A stretch of DNA of 63,848 bases, filler included, from Klebsormidium nitens (lineage: Eukaryota > Plantae > Klebsormidiophyceae): NCBI GenBank assembly GCA_000708835.1. It is 4 parts of 4 records of this genome, joined end to end, with 100 filler letters (N's around TTAATTAATTAA, not from the genome) between each part and the next. Parts side by side here need not be neighbours in the genome. Positions count along the whole stretch, not along the records: positions 1 to 4,574 come from DF237993.1; positions 4,675 to 31,596 come from DF237819.1; 2 more parts are not named here. One strand, written 5' to 3'. Below, piece after piece: positions 1-12,600 of this stretch. Position 1 is the stretch's first letter. Every line of letters begins with the position of its first letter. Below the pieces are notes generated by a model. The model worked only from the letters and a program-made list of their open reading frames with translations, ran no database searches and was not told the DNA's origin. The position numbers were made by a program, and so were the translations under genes.

Positions 1-151
1 CTCGGGACCTAAGGGGGACTGATGATGATGAAGGCTTTGAAAGGGGGGTGTATGGGGTATATGGTAGTATGAGGAAGATGTATATGATTGCACCTATATA
101 TGTATGCAATATTATGATGAAAGTGATAAACTTGTATATATTCACGGCCCA

Positions 152-990
152 TTAGTACTCTCTCATTGAATCTGGCGCGGAGGCTGAGAAGAGCTGCAAC
201 ACGTCCAGAACATTAGACGATCTAGGAATACTTTTTATCCTACCTATGTGACACAGCTTTCTGTTTGTGCAGTACAACAGCAGATTGTTGCCCAGTGTAC
301 TAACGCTCCAACAGTGCCAATATACTAGCTTGGCAGGAGATCTGCTAGCTGGATCTGCTAGCAAAATTTGCGTGATTGGTGAATCCACAGAGGATAGTTT
401 ATTCACGCTGGATGCATCCTTAGCATTCCCATCCCACATGAATATTGAGACAAGACAGTCTGAACCAGAATGAGTTGACAAGTCCTTGTCAAGGGTGGTG
501 TTCAGAAACACCATGTTAGTCGCGGTCCAAAATGTCAAACTCAGGCCAACAGAACTCCATCTACGTACCTGCTGCAGAAGCTCAATTTACAAACAGATGC
601 TTCTTAGAAGTAGCTAGAAACGTCAGCTCGTCTCAATCTGTCCAGCTTCTAAAAGATAAAACCCTGCTGAGATTATCTGCCCCATACTACATACAGTTGT
701 CAGGCAAATAACACCAAAATGTGCCTGGTCTTCCACCGGCACCTGCTCACAGCATACTTCATCAAAGACCAGTCCGACAGCGTGTTATGGTCTGCCTTTG
801 AAATCATTGCACATGACTTGCTCACCTGACGCCGAAAGGAGTCCCTTTGCTTCTGCTGCTCTGCAACAAGCAGCGCAAGGTACACCGCCTCGGAAAACAA
901 GGTGTGCCCCTACCGTAAGGCGATGCAGAATGCAACACCGGCCAAGATATGGTGCACACAAAAGCTCAACAGCTTCCTCCTGGTGTACCC
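152..990 (-). CDS. Possible WD40-repeat gene fragment or remnant (exon structure unresolved)
   Basis: ORF 152-538 contains HSGSDCLVSIFMWD, resembling a WD-repeat GS-D-x-x-V-x-x-WD blade. A candidate upstream exon (~990-824, ...KGLLSAS) ends at a GTGAGC donor. I could not join the exons cleanly. Confidence 0.3.
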
Positions 991-2026
991 TGCATGTGCT
1001 TCACTCTCAATGCAACCATTCGTTGCGCGTGCTAGCTTCTACTTCTCGAATTCTGTGAAGAGGTCAGGAAGGAGGAGAGGAGAAATGGCACCATGGCCCT
1101 GGCTCTGCGGGGTTACTCTCCAGATTGGACCAATAAGAAGCAAGGATTGCAGGCTTTGAGATAACCTAACCCGGCGGTTAGCTGCAGCCAATGCGAAGTT
1201 CGGAACGAGTACGACAAAATGCGGCGATCTACCTGTTTTTGGAGAAGTTACTGGTTCCGTAAGATGGATCACGTATGCAAAATTTTTTGAAGTTTGCGTT
1301 GCCGTCCGATGGGTCTGCACAAAAACTTCTCATTGGTCCGGCGGGCGCGACGCTCAAAAACTTCCCGGGGCATGGCGAAAATGTGGCCATCCTGGGCCGC
1401 CACCCAATGGCGAACCACCTTTCTTTTTGGGACCGTCTCGACAATTAGGGCCTGTCGATGGGAGCACACCGGGCACCCGATCCGGCTTATAACACAATAT
1501 CTAGCGGAATCCCATCGGGTTCAGAACCCTGTACTCTTCACGTTCACCCGCTCTGACCATTTGCCCACCATGGACACGTGGCAATTCGGGGAGGCGCGGG
1601 AAGGTTTGAGGAAGCCGCGATGCGAGTGCGAGGCGCGCGCGGATACAGAGCGCGCACGCGTGGCTTGAGTTCCGAGTCGCGCGCTGGTCGCCGGGGACAC
1701 GTGGCACTTTGATGAGACACGGGGAGTCCACGTGGCACACAGGATTGCACAGGGTGATGCGGTCTAGGCAGGACGTAGCGGGCGCGCATGTTGCGCGCGC
1801 CCAGAAGCAGCATTTGATGACGTGGCTGATCGCGCTGAACTTCCTGAGGCTTTGTGAGGCAGCCCGCAGCTCAGACAGGGCCGCGGAGTACCTTCTGGCC
1901 TTGTGGATGACATGGAAATATCGTGGGGTGCCCGTGAGCAGAGCGGGCTTACTTCAGAAGGCTCCAGGGCAGGGCGGGCTGGCCCAGGGGCAGCCCGCTA
2001 GCAGCCCGCTGGCAACCTGCGGGCCA

Positions 2027-2737
2027 NNNNNNNNNNNNNNNNNNNNNNNNNNNNNNNNNNNNNNNNNNNNNNNNNNNNNNNNNNNNNNNNNNNNNNNNNN
2101 NNNNNNNNNNNNNNNNNNNNNNNNNNNNNNNNNNNNNNNNNNNNNNNNNNNNNNNNNNNNNNNNNNNNNNNNNNNNNNNNNNNNNNNNNNNNNNNNNNNN
2201 NNNNNNNNNNNNNNNNNNNNNNNNNNNNNNNNNNNNNNNNNNNNNNNNNNNNNNNNNNNNNNNNNNNNNNNNNNNNNNNNNNNNNNNNNNNNNNNNNNNN
2301 NNNNNNNNNNNNNNNNNNNNNNNNNNNNNNNNNNNNNNNNNNNNNNNNNNNNNNNNNNNNNNNNNNNNNNNNNNNNNNNNNNNNNNNNNNNNNNNNNNNN
2401 NNNNNNNNNNNNNNNNNNNNNNNNNNNNNNNNNNNNNNNNNNNNNNNNNNNNNNNNNNNNNNNNNNNNNNNNNNNNNNNNNNNNNNNNNNNNNNNNNNNN
2501 NNNNNNNNNNNNNNNNNNNNNNNNNNNNNNNNNNNNNNNNNNNNNNNNNNNNNNNNNNNNNNNNNNNNNNNNNNNNNNNNNNNNNNNNNNNNNNNNNNNN
2601 NNNNNNNNNNNNNNNNNNNNNNNNNNNNNNNNNNNNNNNNNNNNNNNNNNNNNNNNNNNNNNNNNNNNNNNNNNNNNNNNNNNNNNNNNNNNNNNNNNNN
2701 NNNNNNNNNNNNNNNNNNNNNNNNNNNNNNNNNNNNN
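2027..2737. other. Assembly gap (N run) inside scaffold A
   Basis: 711 Ns. Confidence 0.99.
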
Positions 2738-4350
2738 CAAGTCGAGAATTTTTTGCAGACAAACTTGGACACTTGGACAAGTGAAACCTACGCAAGACTC
2801 GAATCAAGCACTGTGCATATATAATGTACCAGTTGGTATTGTACTTCAACCATCAAAGGGAATGCCCGTCAGAGCACACCACTCACCTCCTGCGACCAAT
2901 CCAGAGAGTAGATGTGAGACGTCTGCATCAAACTTGACCAGCCCGTCCCACAGGGGGGCGCCTGTTTAGGGCAGGGAGCGTACAATCCCGCCATTCTGCT
3001 CAGTTCCTCGAAATCTCGCGCCACCAGCTGGCTGACTCTCACCGGTTGCTTCAACAATGTAACGAGGGGGTCATGGATGGCCAACCCGTCTGTCGGGCGC
3101 ACGAGCTTTGAAGTTTCAACCTGGATGCCCTCTGCACCCATTAGCATGACAACCGCAACACGTGCGGGCTCAACGTGAAGGCACGCCGTCGAAGGGCAAA
3201 CGCAACTGCCGCATACACGGATAACATCTGGCCCTTGCCCCCCGGCCGAGCATGCTGACGGCCCACCCTCTCCAAGGTCCACCACATCATCGCAAGTTGC
3301 TTTCAGCAGTGGCTGAGCGGCCCAGTAGGTTTTAGACCTTCGTTTAACCCCCCACTGTGCAGACCCTGTGACGAGGGCCCCATTCTCCATCTCGGCTCGC
3401 CGACGCTTTCCAGCTGCGCTGCTATTCGCAGGACTACAGCACCGGCCTTTGCAGGGCTGCCTGTCAAGACCCACCCCACCAAACAGCGAGAGATGCTGCT
3501 TGCAAAAGCATGCGTCACCCTTGCATACTAGCATCGTGCCGCTCCCCCGCGATAAGACCGAGGAGATAACGCTCCTCATCCGTGAGGGCCTCCAGCTCTT
3601 CCTGGTGACCAGCTTCGCCGACTGCACAACTCTCTTCACCAGCTTGCGGGGGAGTGGAAGCGGCGTGCTCCTTGCCATCCCGCACCTCGCCGTCCTTCTG
3701 GTGCAGCCATAATCTGGCCCGCTCCAGCTGCGAATCCGAGAAGAGACAGCCCTCCAATCTGCTGACCCCCTCTCTCCTCTGCAGCGCTCGTTTGACCTCC
3801 TGAAGGTGACTGCAATCGGTCGTCTTGCTACAGCCCCCGCGTCTTCCCTCGCAGTACCACTCAAACTCTTCCCCCGCGTTGAAGTGCACCATCGTCCTCT
3901 TAGGCGAGGTGGAACCCGCATTCCAGTACACCCCGAACACTCTCTGCCCCACGCCACTGCACGGCGCTTCCACCACCCGCTGCCCCTTCTGAAATGAGCG
4001 GTGGCTTGATTGCCGACGTTCCTGGAGCGCTTGTAATGCCAGCTTGTGAACGCATGCTGCGCCAAAGCTCAAGCGGCTACGATTGCACGTGCAGCTCGGG
4101 TTCCCCATCGTGTCCCAGTACACCGTCTCGAGCAAGGCGTTGCTCTTGATGGGTCGCCCCAGAGGCTTTGGCCTCGCAGCGTTGTGATTCCACGCGGTCA
4201 TCAGAAACACATAGCTGCTAGAACCCTCCTCGGCAATGCTATAGATTGCGCAATCGCCACTCATAAGATTGGCCAGGAACCGACCAGCTTGAGCCACAAG
4301 CGTGAGCTGCCCGCCCGCATCTCGGGCTTCTTCTGAGTTGCATTGGGCCT
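2738..4350 (-). mobile_element. Degenerate KDZ (Kyakuja/Dileera/Zisupton)-type transposon ORF: SWIM fingers plus CxC cysteine cluster, frameshifted, running into the gap
   Basis: ORF 3515-4378 has SWIM-like CTC..CVH (SCTCNRSRLSFGAACVHKL) and a second WYC..C..CSH motif. After a 1-nt shift near 3527 (HDASMQG* vs CKGDACFCKQH), ORF 2869-4065 continues to YAPCPKQAPPCGTGW..SHIYSLDW, followed by PFDG and KYNTNWYII-like segments typical of CxC clusters upstream of KDZ transposases. TTGCAG acceptor near 4351. The transposase domain itself is not visible. Confidence 0.6.
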
Positions 4351-4574
4351 GCAAGAGGCAAGAACGTAGATCAGACACTTACATTTTTTGAGGAGCTAAA
4401 GGAATGCGGCCCACAGGAGTTCAGACTTTGCTAAGCTGGTCAATCTGGAGATCCGGACGTCGCTGCTGATTGCTTGAAACGATGAGACTCTATCTGTCGC
4501 AAATCCTTGACCAGCAATAAAAGGTCTGCAAAAAGCACTCACCGGGTGTGGGGGTTTCCGTGGGATTTGTCCAG

Positions 4575-4674
4575 NNNNNNNNNNNNNNNNNNNNNNNNNN
4601 NNNNNNNNNNNNNNNNNNTTAATTAATTAANNNNNNNNNNNNNNNNNNNNNNNNNNNNNNNNNNNNNNNNNNNN
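4575..4674. other. Artificial scaffold joiner (N44-TTAATTAATTAA-N44)
   Basis: Exactly 100 nt with a central TTAATTAATTAA that has stops in all six frames; repeated identically three times in the window. Confidence 0.97.
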
Positions 4675-4870
4675 TAAACCCTAAACCCTAAACCCTAAAC
4701 CCTAAACCCTAAACCCTAAACCCTAAACCCTAAACCCTAAACCCTAAACCCTAAAACCCTAAAACCCTAAAACCCTAAAACCCTAAAACCCTAAAACCCT
4801 AAAACCCTAAAACCCTAAAACCTTTAAACCCTAAAAAACCCTAAAATCCTAAAAACCTAAAACCCTAAAC
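4675..4870. repeat. Telomeric array at a left chromosome end: (CCCTAAA)10, then (CCCTAAAA)9, then degenerate units
   Basis: Counted directly: 7-mers 4679-4748, 8-mers 4749-4820, variants (cctttaaa, ccctaaaaaa, tcctaaaaa) to 4870. C-rich strand at the scaffold start. Confidence 0.97.
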
Positions 4871-5503
4871 GTGACGTCATATTCAAAGAAAACCCTATTA
4901 CCCGAAACTTACAATTTTGGAACTTTTTGCAGATCCTGAAAGCGCATGAAAACTGTGACCCAAATCCATCACGTAAATCGCGGACGCGCGTGCACCGAGG
5001 CATGGTTTCAAGACTTCACGAGTGTATGTGGGCATGACCAAAATCACCTCACAGCGTTCCCGATAGCCGCCACTACAAAGACTATCATACGTACCTGGTC
5101 GACTAAGTTTTTTTACGGGTTTGGATCCCATGATTTCCCATCCCGGTCCGGCGTCCAAAAAGAGTCGTGAGCCTGTGAACGGACAAACCAGTCGGTGCAC
5201 CGGCGGCAGTCAGCGTGATGATTGACCACAAATCGGTGCATGCTGTGCGGACTCCGGAGCGCTTGAAAACTTCGAGGGCGCCTCCAAAGATTGCCTGATT
5301 CAGTGATTGTGTCCGACAGTGAGCATCCAAATGGAACGCTTGGTCAGCATGGTGCCAAAAGTAGGAGAATGAGCTGCGCATGCTGGTTTAAGTAGGAGTG
5401 TAGGACACAAATTGTGACCAGCATTGGGCCATGTGTTGATACTAGTTTCAATTTCTTTAGGTGGATTAGCTGGTAGCTTTGAGTTGCATAGCATTGCCTA
5501 TCA

Positions 5504-8500
5504 ATGGCGTGCTCTTCTTCAGCTACAGCATTTTGTCAGAGCGTCACCCGAACTCCGTTTGGCTGCAAGGCGACAGAGAATGGATGTTCAAGGAAGGGGC
5601 GGAGGGAAGCGGTTTCCAGAATTTGTGAATTGATCCCGCTAATGCATCTCAAATCAATGCAGAGTCAAGGATCCCTGTTCAGAAACAAAGTATTTGCCGC
5701 CACTGTGGACTCTGCAAAGGCGCGTAGGAAAGGTTTGGCCAGCATTGTAGCGGAAGCAGGAGAAGAAAGTCAGGTGTCCGTTTCAGACAAGGAGGGACAG
5801 ATTCGGGAACAGAACAGGCGCCTCTTGGCAATGCAAAAAGAGCTTCTGGCACAGGTAGGGTTCACTTCTGAAGTTGGCATGCTCATAATGCATCGCTGCC
5901 TGTCTAACAATGCTACATTGCTAGAGGGTTTGCTGCGCATGCTTCTTTGTGCAACATTCGCCAGGATGCCCTGTTTTTCAATCTGGCGCAGATTGAGGAG
6001 CGCAAGAAGTTGCACGCGGCGCTGCTCGAGTCGTTGGAGGACCCCGCCGGCAAGATCAAGGAGTACAATCAAGCGGACAACGGGGTCACTCTCCCGCCGC
6101 CGCCGCCCTCCGCTGCCCCTGTCCTGCAATCCCGGCCCCCGCCCCGTGCAGCCCCCGCTCCGGCGCCTGTCCCTAGGAAGCCCGCCCCGCCCCCACGGCG
6201 CTCTGCTGTCCCGCCTGTCCGCCTTGCCGCGAGTGCTCCCCCTGCGACCCGCACTCCTGCCACCCCTCCACCACCCCCACCTGTTCAACGCCCGCCCCCG
6301 CCACCGCCCCAGGCACGAGAAGAGGCACAGCCTGCCGCCCCGGCGGCCCCGGATCCCCCTCCTCCTCTGGCGGGAGAGAATGTGATGAACGTGGTGGTCG
6401 TGGCCGCAGAGTGTGCACCCTGGTCAAAGACGGGTGAGCAGCGGCGGCTGTGGGGAAGAGACCCTCAGATATACCCAGGCTTATCAGGCTGAAGCATGTT
6501 GTTGGTTGGTGTTTCTGGTTCAGTCCATCTTTGCAGTGCTTGTCTAGCATGCATGACAAGTGACAAACAACAAAGTTGCAGTTGCGTAAAACTGTCAGCC
6601 TGAGGAACATGCTTGCAGCACTCAGGTTGCTCAAAGCTTAGTGTGATCCGCATAGGTGGGTGGCACGGGACTGGCGCCACTGGAGTCCCTTGCAGATGCA
6701 TGTTCAAGCTTGTTCCTTCACACCGTGATAAAGCTCATCATCGTGTTGTCACTGTGCAGGAGGGCTGGGCGATGTGGTGGGGGCGCTTCCCAAGGCCCTG
6801 GCCAAGCGCGGCCACCGTGTCATGGCAAGTCCCGCGCGCCACCCCGCCTCCATGCGTGCTGCCACCACCAGTGATCATGCCGCCTGCTTGCTGCTGCGCA
6901 TCAGTGCGTCACCTGCCTCCGTCTCACCTTTGGTGTTGTCCGTGCAGGTCGTTGCTCCTCGCTACAGCAATTACGCAGAGGGCTGGGAGACCGGGGTGCG
7001 GCGCCACTACATCGTCATGGGCCAGGTCAGTGCGCCTCCCCTCAGCAGGGCCACCACAGGCTGGATTGAGCTGGCCATGGCACACTTGCGTCGTGTCCTG
7101 GTTCTCTGATCCTGGTGCTCTGCTGACGCGTTGGCTCGTGCGGCCGGCTGGCGTGCAGGACCAGGAGGTGGGCTACTTCCACGGCTTCATCGACGGCGTG
7201 GACTACGTGTTTGTGGACGCGCCCTGCTTCCATGCAGCTGCCGACAACATCTACGGAGGCTCCCGCCAGGTCCGTGCCACCCTGTCCGCCGTACTGCCAC
7301 TAGCGTGCCCCGATGAGGCGCAAGCCTGGGGCGGGAGCTGCCTGTAGCCTCTGCTGCTGGCTGGCGGGTGGAGCGCAGTGCGGCTCTGCTCAGCGTGGCT
7401 GACTGGGGTGCTCCCTTGTGGCTGCAGGACATCATGTACCGCTGCATCACCCTCTGCAAGGCCGCCGTGGAAGTGAGGACCCCCTGCCCCCAGCGGGCCC
7501 TCCAGCTGTGCAGTGGTCCTCGCTGCGCCAGCCCGTTGCATTGCACTGGCCAGTAACCTGGTGGTGCTTCTTGCTGGCAGGCCTGGCTCTGATCCGAACA
7601 GGGAGCAAGGGTGTTGTCTGTCTGGGCGGTTATCCTCAGCGTTACAGGCTGGCAGGGAGCGGGCACCTGCAAGGGTGCCGGCAAGGCGTTCAGGGCCGGA
7701 CCCCACCCGTGCCCCGTGCGGCGCCTCCGCTGACGCGCTGCTGTGTGCGCGTGTGGCTGCAGGCGGTGTGGCACGTGCCGTGCGGGGGCATTCCGTACGG
7801 CGACAGCAACCTGGTGTTTGTGGCCAACGACTGGCACACGGCGCTGCTGCCGGTGTACCTGCAGGCCTACTACCGCGACACGGGCCTCATGGAGTACGCG
7901 CGCGCCGTGCTGGTCATCCACAACATGGCGCACCAGGGCCGCGGGCCGGTCGCCGAGTTCCCGTGGCTGGGCCTGCCGCAGCACTACCTGGACAAGTTCA
8001 AGCTGTACGACCCCATCGGCGGGGAGCACATGAACATCTTCATGGCCGGCCTCATCACCGCGCACCGCCTCGTGGCCGTCAGCCACGGCTACGCCTGGGA
8101 GTGCCAAACGCAGGTCGGACTTCACCACCGCCCCGCCCCGTGCGGGTCCAGGTCCTCAGCACCCGGCTGGTTGGCCATCGCGAAATGCATTTGCGCTGCT
8201 CCATGCTCTCCTGCCGTAGCCTTGTCCTGTTGGCTCACTCTGTGCATGGTTGGGCCACATGGGTTACCAAGCGCGCTTAGGATTCTAACGCTCCTCACCC
8301 GGGTAGGACTTTTGTCAAGATGGTCTAGTAGGGCGGAGGCAGCATTTCGGACCACTGTCATAGGCACCACTCGTGAAAGCAGAGGTCCCTGCGCACTGTA
8401 CCCTGGCTGCGCGTGCGCGTGCGGGCCGCGCTGGCGGTGCTGACGGGCGTGGTTGTGGACGTGTGCAGGACGGGGGCTGGGGCCTGGACGGGGTGCTGCG

Positions 8501-9685
8501 GGACCACGGGTGGAAGCTGCGTGGCGTGGTCAACGGCATCGACACGCAGGAGTGGCACCCCGAACGCGACACGTTCTTGCGCGACGACGGGTACCAGAAC
8601 TACGGCGTGGCCAGCCTGGAGGCGGGCAAGGCCGCGTGCAAGGCCGCGCTGCAGCGGGAGCTGGGCCTGCCGGAGCGGCCCGACACGCCGCTGCTGGGCT
8701 TCATCGGGCGGCTGGACTACCAGAAGGGCGTGGACATCATCCAGCAGGCCCTGCCCTGGCTCACCGGCCAGGACTGCCAGCTCGTCATGCTCGGAACGGG
8801 TGCGCGCGCGTCTCCTCCTTCAGTCTGTCTGCAACTTACGTCACGCATGACCAGGCGAGCTGGACTCGGCTCCGCTCTCCTGCTTCGCCTTCTGCATGCG
8901 CGCTTGCTCGATCGGATGTGCGCCGTGCTGAGTGCCCGTGGCTACGGCTGCAGGGCGGCCGGACCTGGAGGACTTTTTCCGCAGCGCGGAGGCGTCGCAC
9001 CACGACAAGGTGCGCGGCTGGGTGGGCTTCAGCGTCAAGATGGCGCACCGCATCACGGCCGGCTGCGACCTGCTGCTCATGCCCAGCCGCTTCGAGCCGT
9101 GCGGCCTCAACCAGCTGTACGCCATGCAGTACGGCACCGTGCCCGTCGTGCACTCCGTGGGGGGGCTCCGCGACACCGTGCAGGTGCGCCGCTGCGGGCA
9201 CGCCCGAGCGGGGGTTTCCACCCAGTCAAGAGAGAGGAGCTCCGGAAATCCTTTCGTGGCCGGGCCCGAGTCTACGGGTCCCTTCTCTTCGTGCCTCGTT
9301 TGTCTCGACTGGTTCGCTTCGGGTGATTGACCACTAGCATCTCAGCCAGTCTGTTTCCCCCTTTAGCGCACTGGGCCTGCCTGCTGGTGCAATCTGCCCC
9401 ACCGCCTGGCCAGCATCCATGCGTACCCGCCTCGTGTCCCACTCTCGCGCCGTACCCTGGGTGCAGCCGTTCAACCCGTTCGACAACAGCGGCACCGGGT
9501 GGACCTTTGAGCGCGCGGAGGCCAACGGGCTGATCGACGCTGTGGGCAACGCGCTGTACACATACCGCGACTTCCGGGACAGCTTCCGCGACCTGCAGCG
9601 GCGCGGCATGACGCAGGACCTGAGCTGGGAGGCAGCGGCGGCGCAGTACGAGGAGACGCTGGTGGCGGCCAAGTACCAGTGGTGA
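5504..9685 (+). CDS. SSII: Soluble starch synthase II (GT5), plastid-targeted; 10 exons (5504-5854, 5992-6433, 6760-6824, 6948-7025, 7159-7269, 7428-7472, 7763-8113, 8469-8799, 8954-9183, 9467-9685)
   Basis: Spliced product contains [84 protein letters not shown] and the C-terminal AAKYQW typical of SSII. The N-terminus has a transit-like peptide, a coiled coil and a Pro-rich linker. Confidence 0.95.
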
Positions 9686-12600
9686 ACAGCCACGCCTCTG
9701 TGCCGCCCCCGCTGCATGCCTGCGCCCAGTGGGGCCCTGCTGCTGATTGCTGCTGTCACAAGGAGGGGAGGCGCTGCCGCCATGCATGACCACGTGCCGG
9801 GTGGTGGCGCTTGCTGGAAGCATGGATGTAAGGGAGACAAACTGACAGCTAACAAAAGGTTCAGTGAACGTTCCGGAAGAGACAGCAGGTACACTCAGCA
9901 ATGGTTCGAGATACACAAGACCAAGCGAACGGCATGTTGGCCACCCGACGAGTTTTTCTCTTGCTAACGTTGTGGTCCATGCGTCATTCAGGGACCTTTG
10001 AGGAAAGGGGCCATTGGACTCCTTTCTACATCGTCAAATGTGGAAGGGCCAGTGCTCTCGCTGGCTAGCATGCCCACACGGTGGGCTGACATGTGTTTTG
10101 AGGCTCAACCTGATGAGCACCGCTTACGCTCTTGGTCTCGCGTGCATCCAGGAGCGTTACCGCTTGAATTAATGTTGGCAGCGCTGCTAGCTAGTAGCCT
10201 GGCCGAAGTCCTCGCAAGGTTATAACATTGCATGTTTAGCACAAATGCCAGTCGAAGATTGAGCTTCGGTAAAGCCCTTTTGCTAAGGGAGCGTTGACAT
10301 TGGAGTCTTACACCGGCACTCGTTTCTCAGCTCTATTCCAATCAGAAAGTGATCGGATTTTCATGTTCAGTTGCTTCCTACCAATGTAAGCGGCTGCTCG
10401 TGATGGTCACGAGGGTTGGATTGCATAATTATTCGGCGTCCGGTCTTGCATGCTATTTGGTTGAGGATACCAGTGCATAATTCTTCAGGGATATCTTACC
10501 AGACGCCATGTGCAGCCTGCAACTCGATCAATTGCATGCAACCTTAGCAAGTTGCGCAACATCCTAAAAAAGCATACTTAAGAAGCGTTCCTTGTCACAA
10601 GTGGTATTGAAATGTTGTGTGGTCAATCTTTACCGTATGAGGCTAAGGGCAACCAAGTCGCTGACTTTCAGTGATCGCGATTTCGGCGACTCATGCATGA
10701 GCTAAGCTTACACACACTTCCACATGGACCGTACTCTTATGCAACTTAGGCCACAGGCAAGATTTGATAAGGATCACTTGTCATGAACTTACACGCAACA
10801 ACCGTCGGTTCAATGGAAACCGAGGGATCGGCTAAATACGTCGACGATTGTTCCGTGTCTCTGATAGGAGCTATACTATGATACACATGGTTAAGCACGT
10901 GCAATGCATGACAAAGATATGTAGAGACCTTAAACCTTATTCTTTTCACTACACAGGCTTGCATGTGGCTGCGCCACATTTGCTCCGCCCATGACCCCAC
11001 ATATGTAATCGAGTCATGCAAAACAATCGCATGTGCGCGACGCGCCTGGCCGGCCGGTCGTAATGATGCGCGCGCCGCACGTGGCAACTTGCACATGACG
11101 ATTTGCAAGTCCTCGCCAAATGCATCTGCGACCGCCTCATCAACGGCAAAAACAAGATCCAAGTGATAATGCCACTACAACTCAGATTGCAAATCATCTC
11201 CGTCGATTGTCCCGACGGTAACCGGTCATATTACGGTTGGAGCCTCCAATTCTCCGCGGAGGGCCCCAACCTCATATACTTGGCATGTGAGTGCATGTCG
11301 GAGTATGTCATGAGGTACGAACATTGCCAGACGCTGACATGTGAGTGACTTGCAGCCGCAGCAAGCTGCATACAAAGTCCAATCAACCCCGGCCTTGTAC
11401 CCCGATCTCATCAAAGCCTTGGAGCGTTGCACGATGATGGCTCAATGTGCCTTAGGGACGGTTGAGAACGGCAGTTGACCATTGATCGACGCATAAGTAT
11501 GCATGGCCGGCCCGGTCACGTGTGCAGGGCAAAGCGAGGGCAAAGCTAGCTCAAGCCTGGCATGGGCCCGGCGCGGGCCCGGCCTCGGATACAGCGAGAA
11601 GTGCATGGGCCGGCTGCACCTTTTGGTGTATCGATATCGTTCAAATTTGCGGCCGGGCCCCTGGCAGGCCAAAAACCCATATGTGACAAGCCGGCAAATA
11701 ATGCATACCGTGTATATGGTCGGCAAAAGCATACCCCCAGCATACCGTCCGACTAACCTGGCACATGCAAGTATGGTTCTTCAAGCGTTTATCATTCATG
11801 GGATGATCAAGTAATTGAATATCGAGCCCGTCATACATGGGACGTGTTAATCCATGCAACAAACCATTTAACTTATTGTTGAGTAAGTTGGATCTTGAAC
11901 ATGATTTCAAACGAACGTATATCGATATCGAACATACAGTGACACATGCATATACAATCGGACAATCGAACTTTATGCGCATAGCGCCCCGCCATCGTCA
12001 AACATGTTGAGAGGTCATGACACCGGCCCTGCAGTACTAGCTGTGTTCAAGTATTATTTTGCATGTCTACGATAGTAACGGCGCTCGAGCGGCCCGCGTA
12101 GAACTTCGGAAACTTTCTATAAGCTTGTTGCTTCATCGATAATTCTGGGATGTATATACGGTAGGATGGAATCAAACGGTCATCGATCACATTATGTGCT
12201 ATGCACAACGCCATGATCGAGTGGCACATCATGCTCGGTAGTTGAATTGCTTGTTAGCGTCCATGTAGCATTAGGGTTTGCATACCTTGTTGGACATGAC
12301 TCGTAGCCGTAGCAAGTTGCGGAGTCGAAAAACAAACTCCCGGCCGCGCCGGAGACCGTGCTCCACGGCCATGGCGGCTAAGGGCGTTAATAAATTGGAA
12401 GTTACCATCAGATCTTGGTCATCGCGATCAGATCTTAAGTCCAAACTCGGAACTCCAAAAACTTTGTACGTGATTTTGTGCCGGCCATGATCCATGAGCA
12501 AGTACATAGAATTTGCATGAAATTAGAAGCTATACTACAGTGGCCGCCATTTTCTCGATTTATCGACGGGTTTTCAAGATCGGGTTATTCAATGAAACGT

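Noticed and set aside
1709-2849. Long ORFs spanning N runs (also 39284-40606)
   Set aside because: Artefacts of translating Ns as X.
4575-4674. TTAATTAATTAA palindromes within N runs (also 31641 and 43892) as biological sites, and gene neighbourhoods across them
   Set aside because: Identical 100-nt six-frame-stop linkers are artificial; the telomere is therefore not interstitial and the KDZ relic is not subtelomeric.
10746-12507. ORFs 10746-11162, 11226-11432 and 12271-12507 as genes
   Set aside because: No recognisable motif or splice pattern, and flanking stops; at most unidentifiable decayed sequence.
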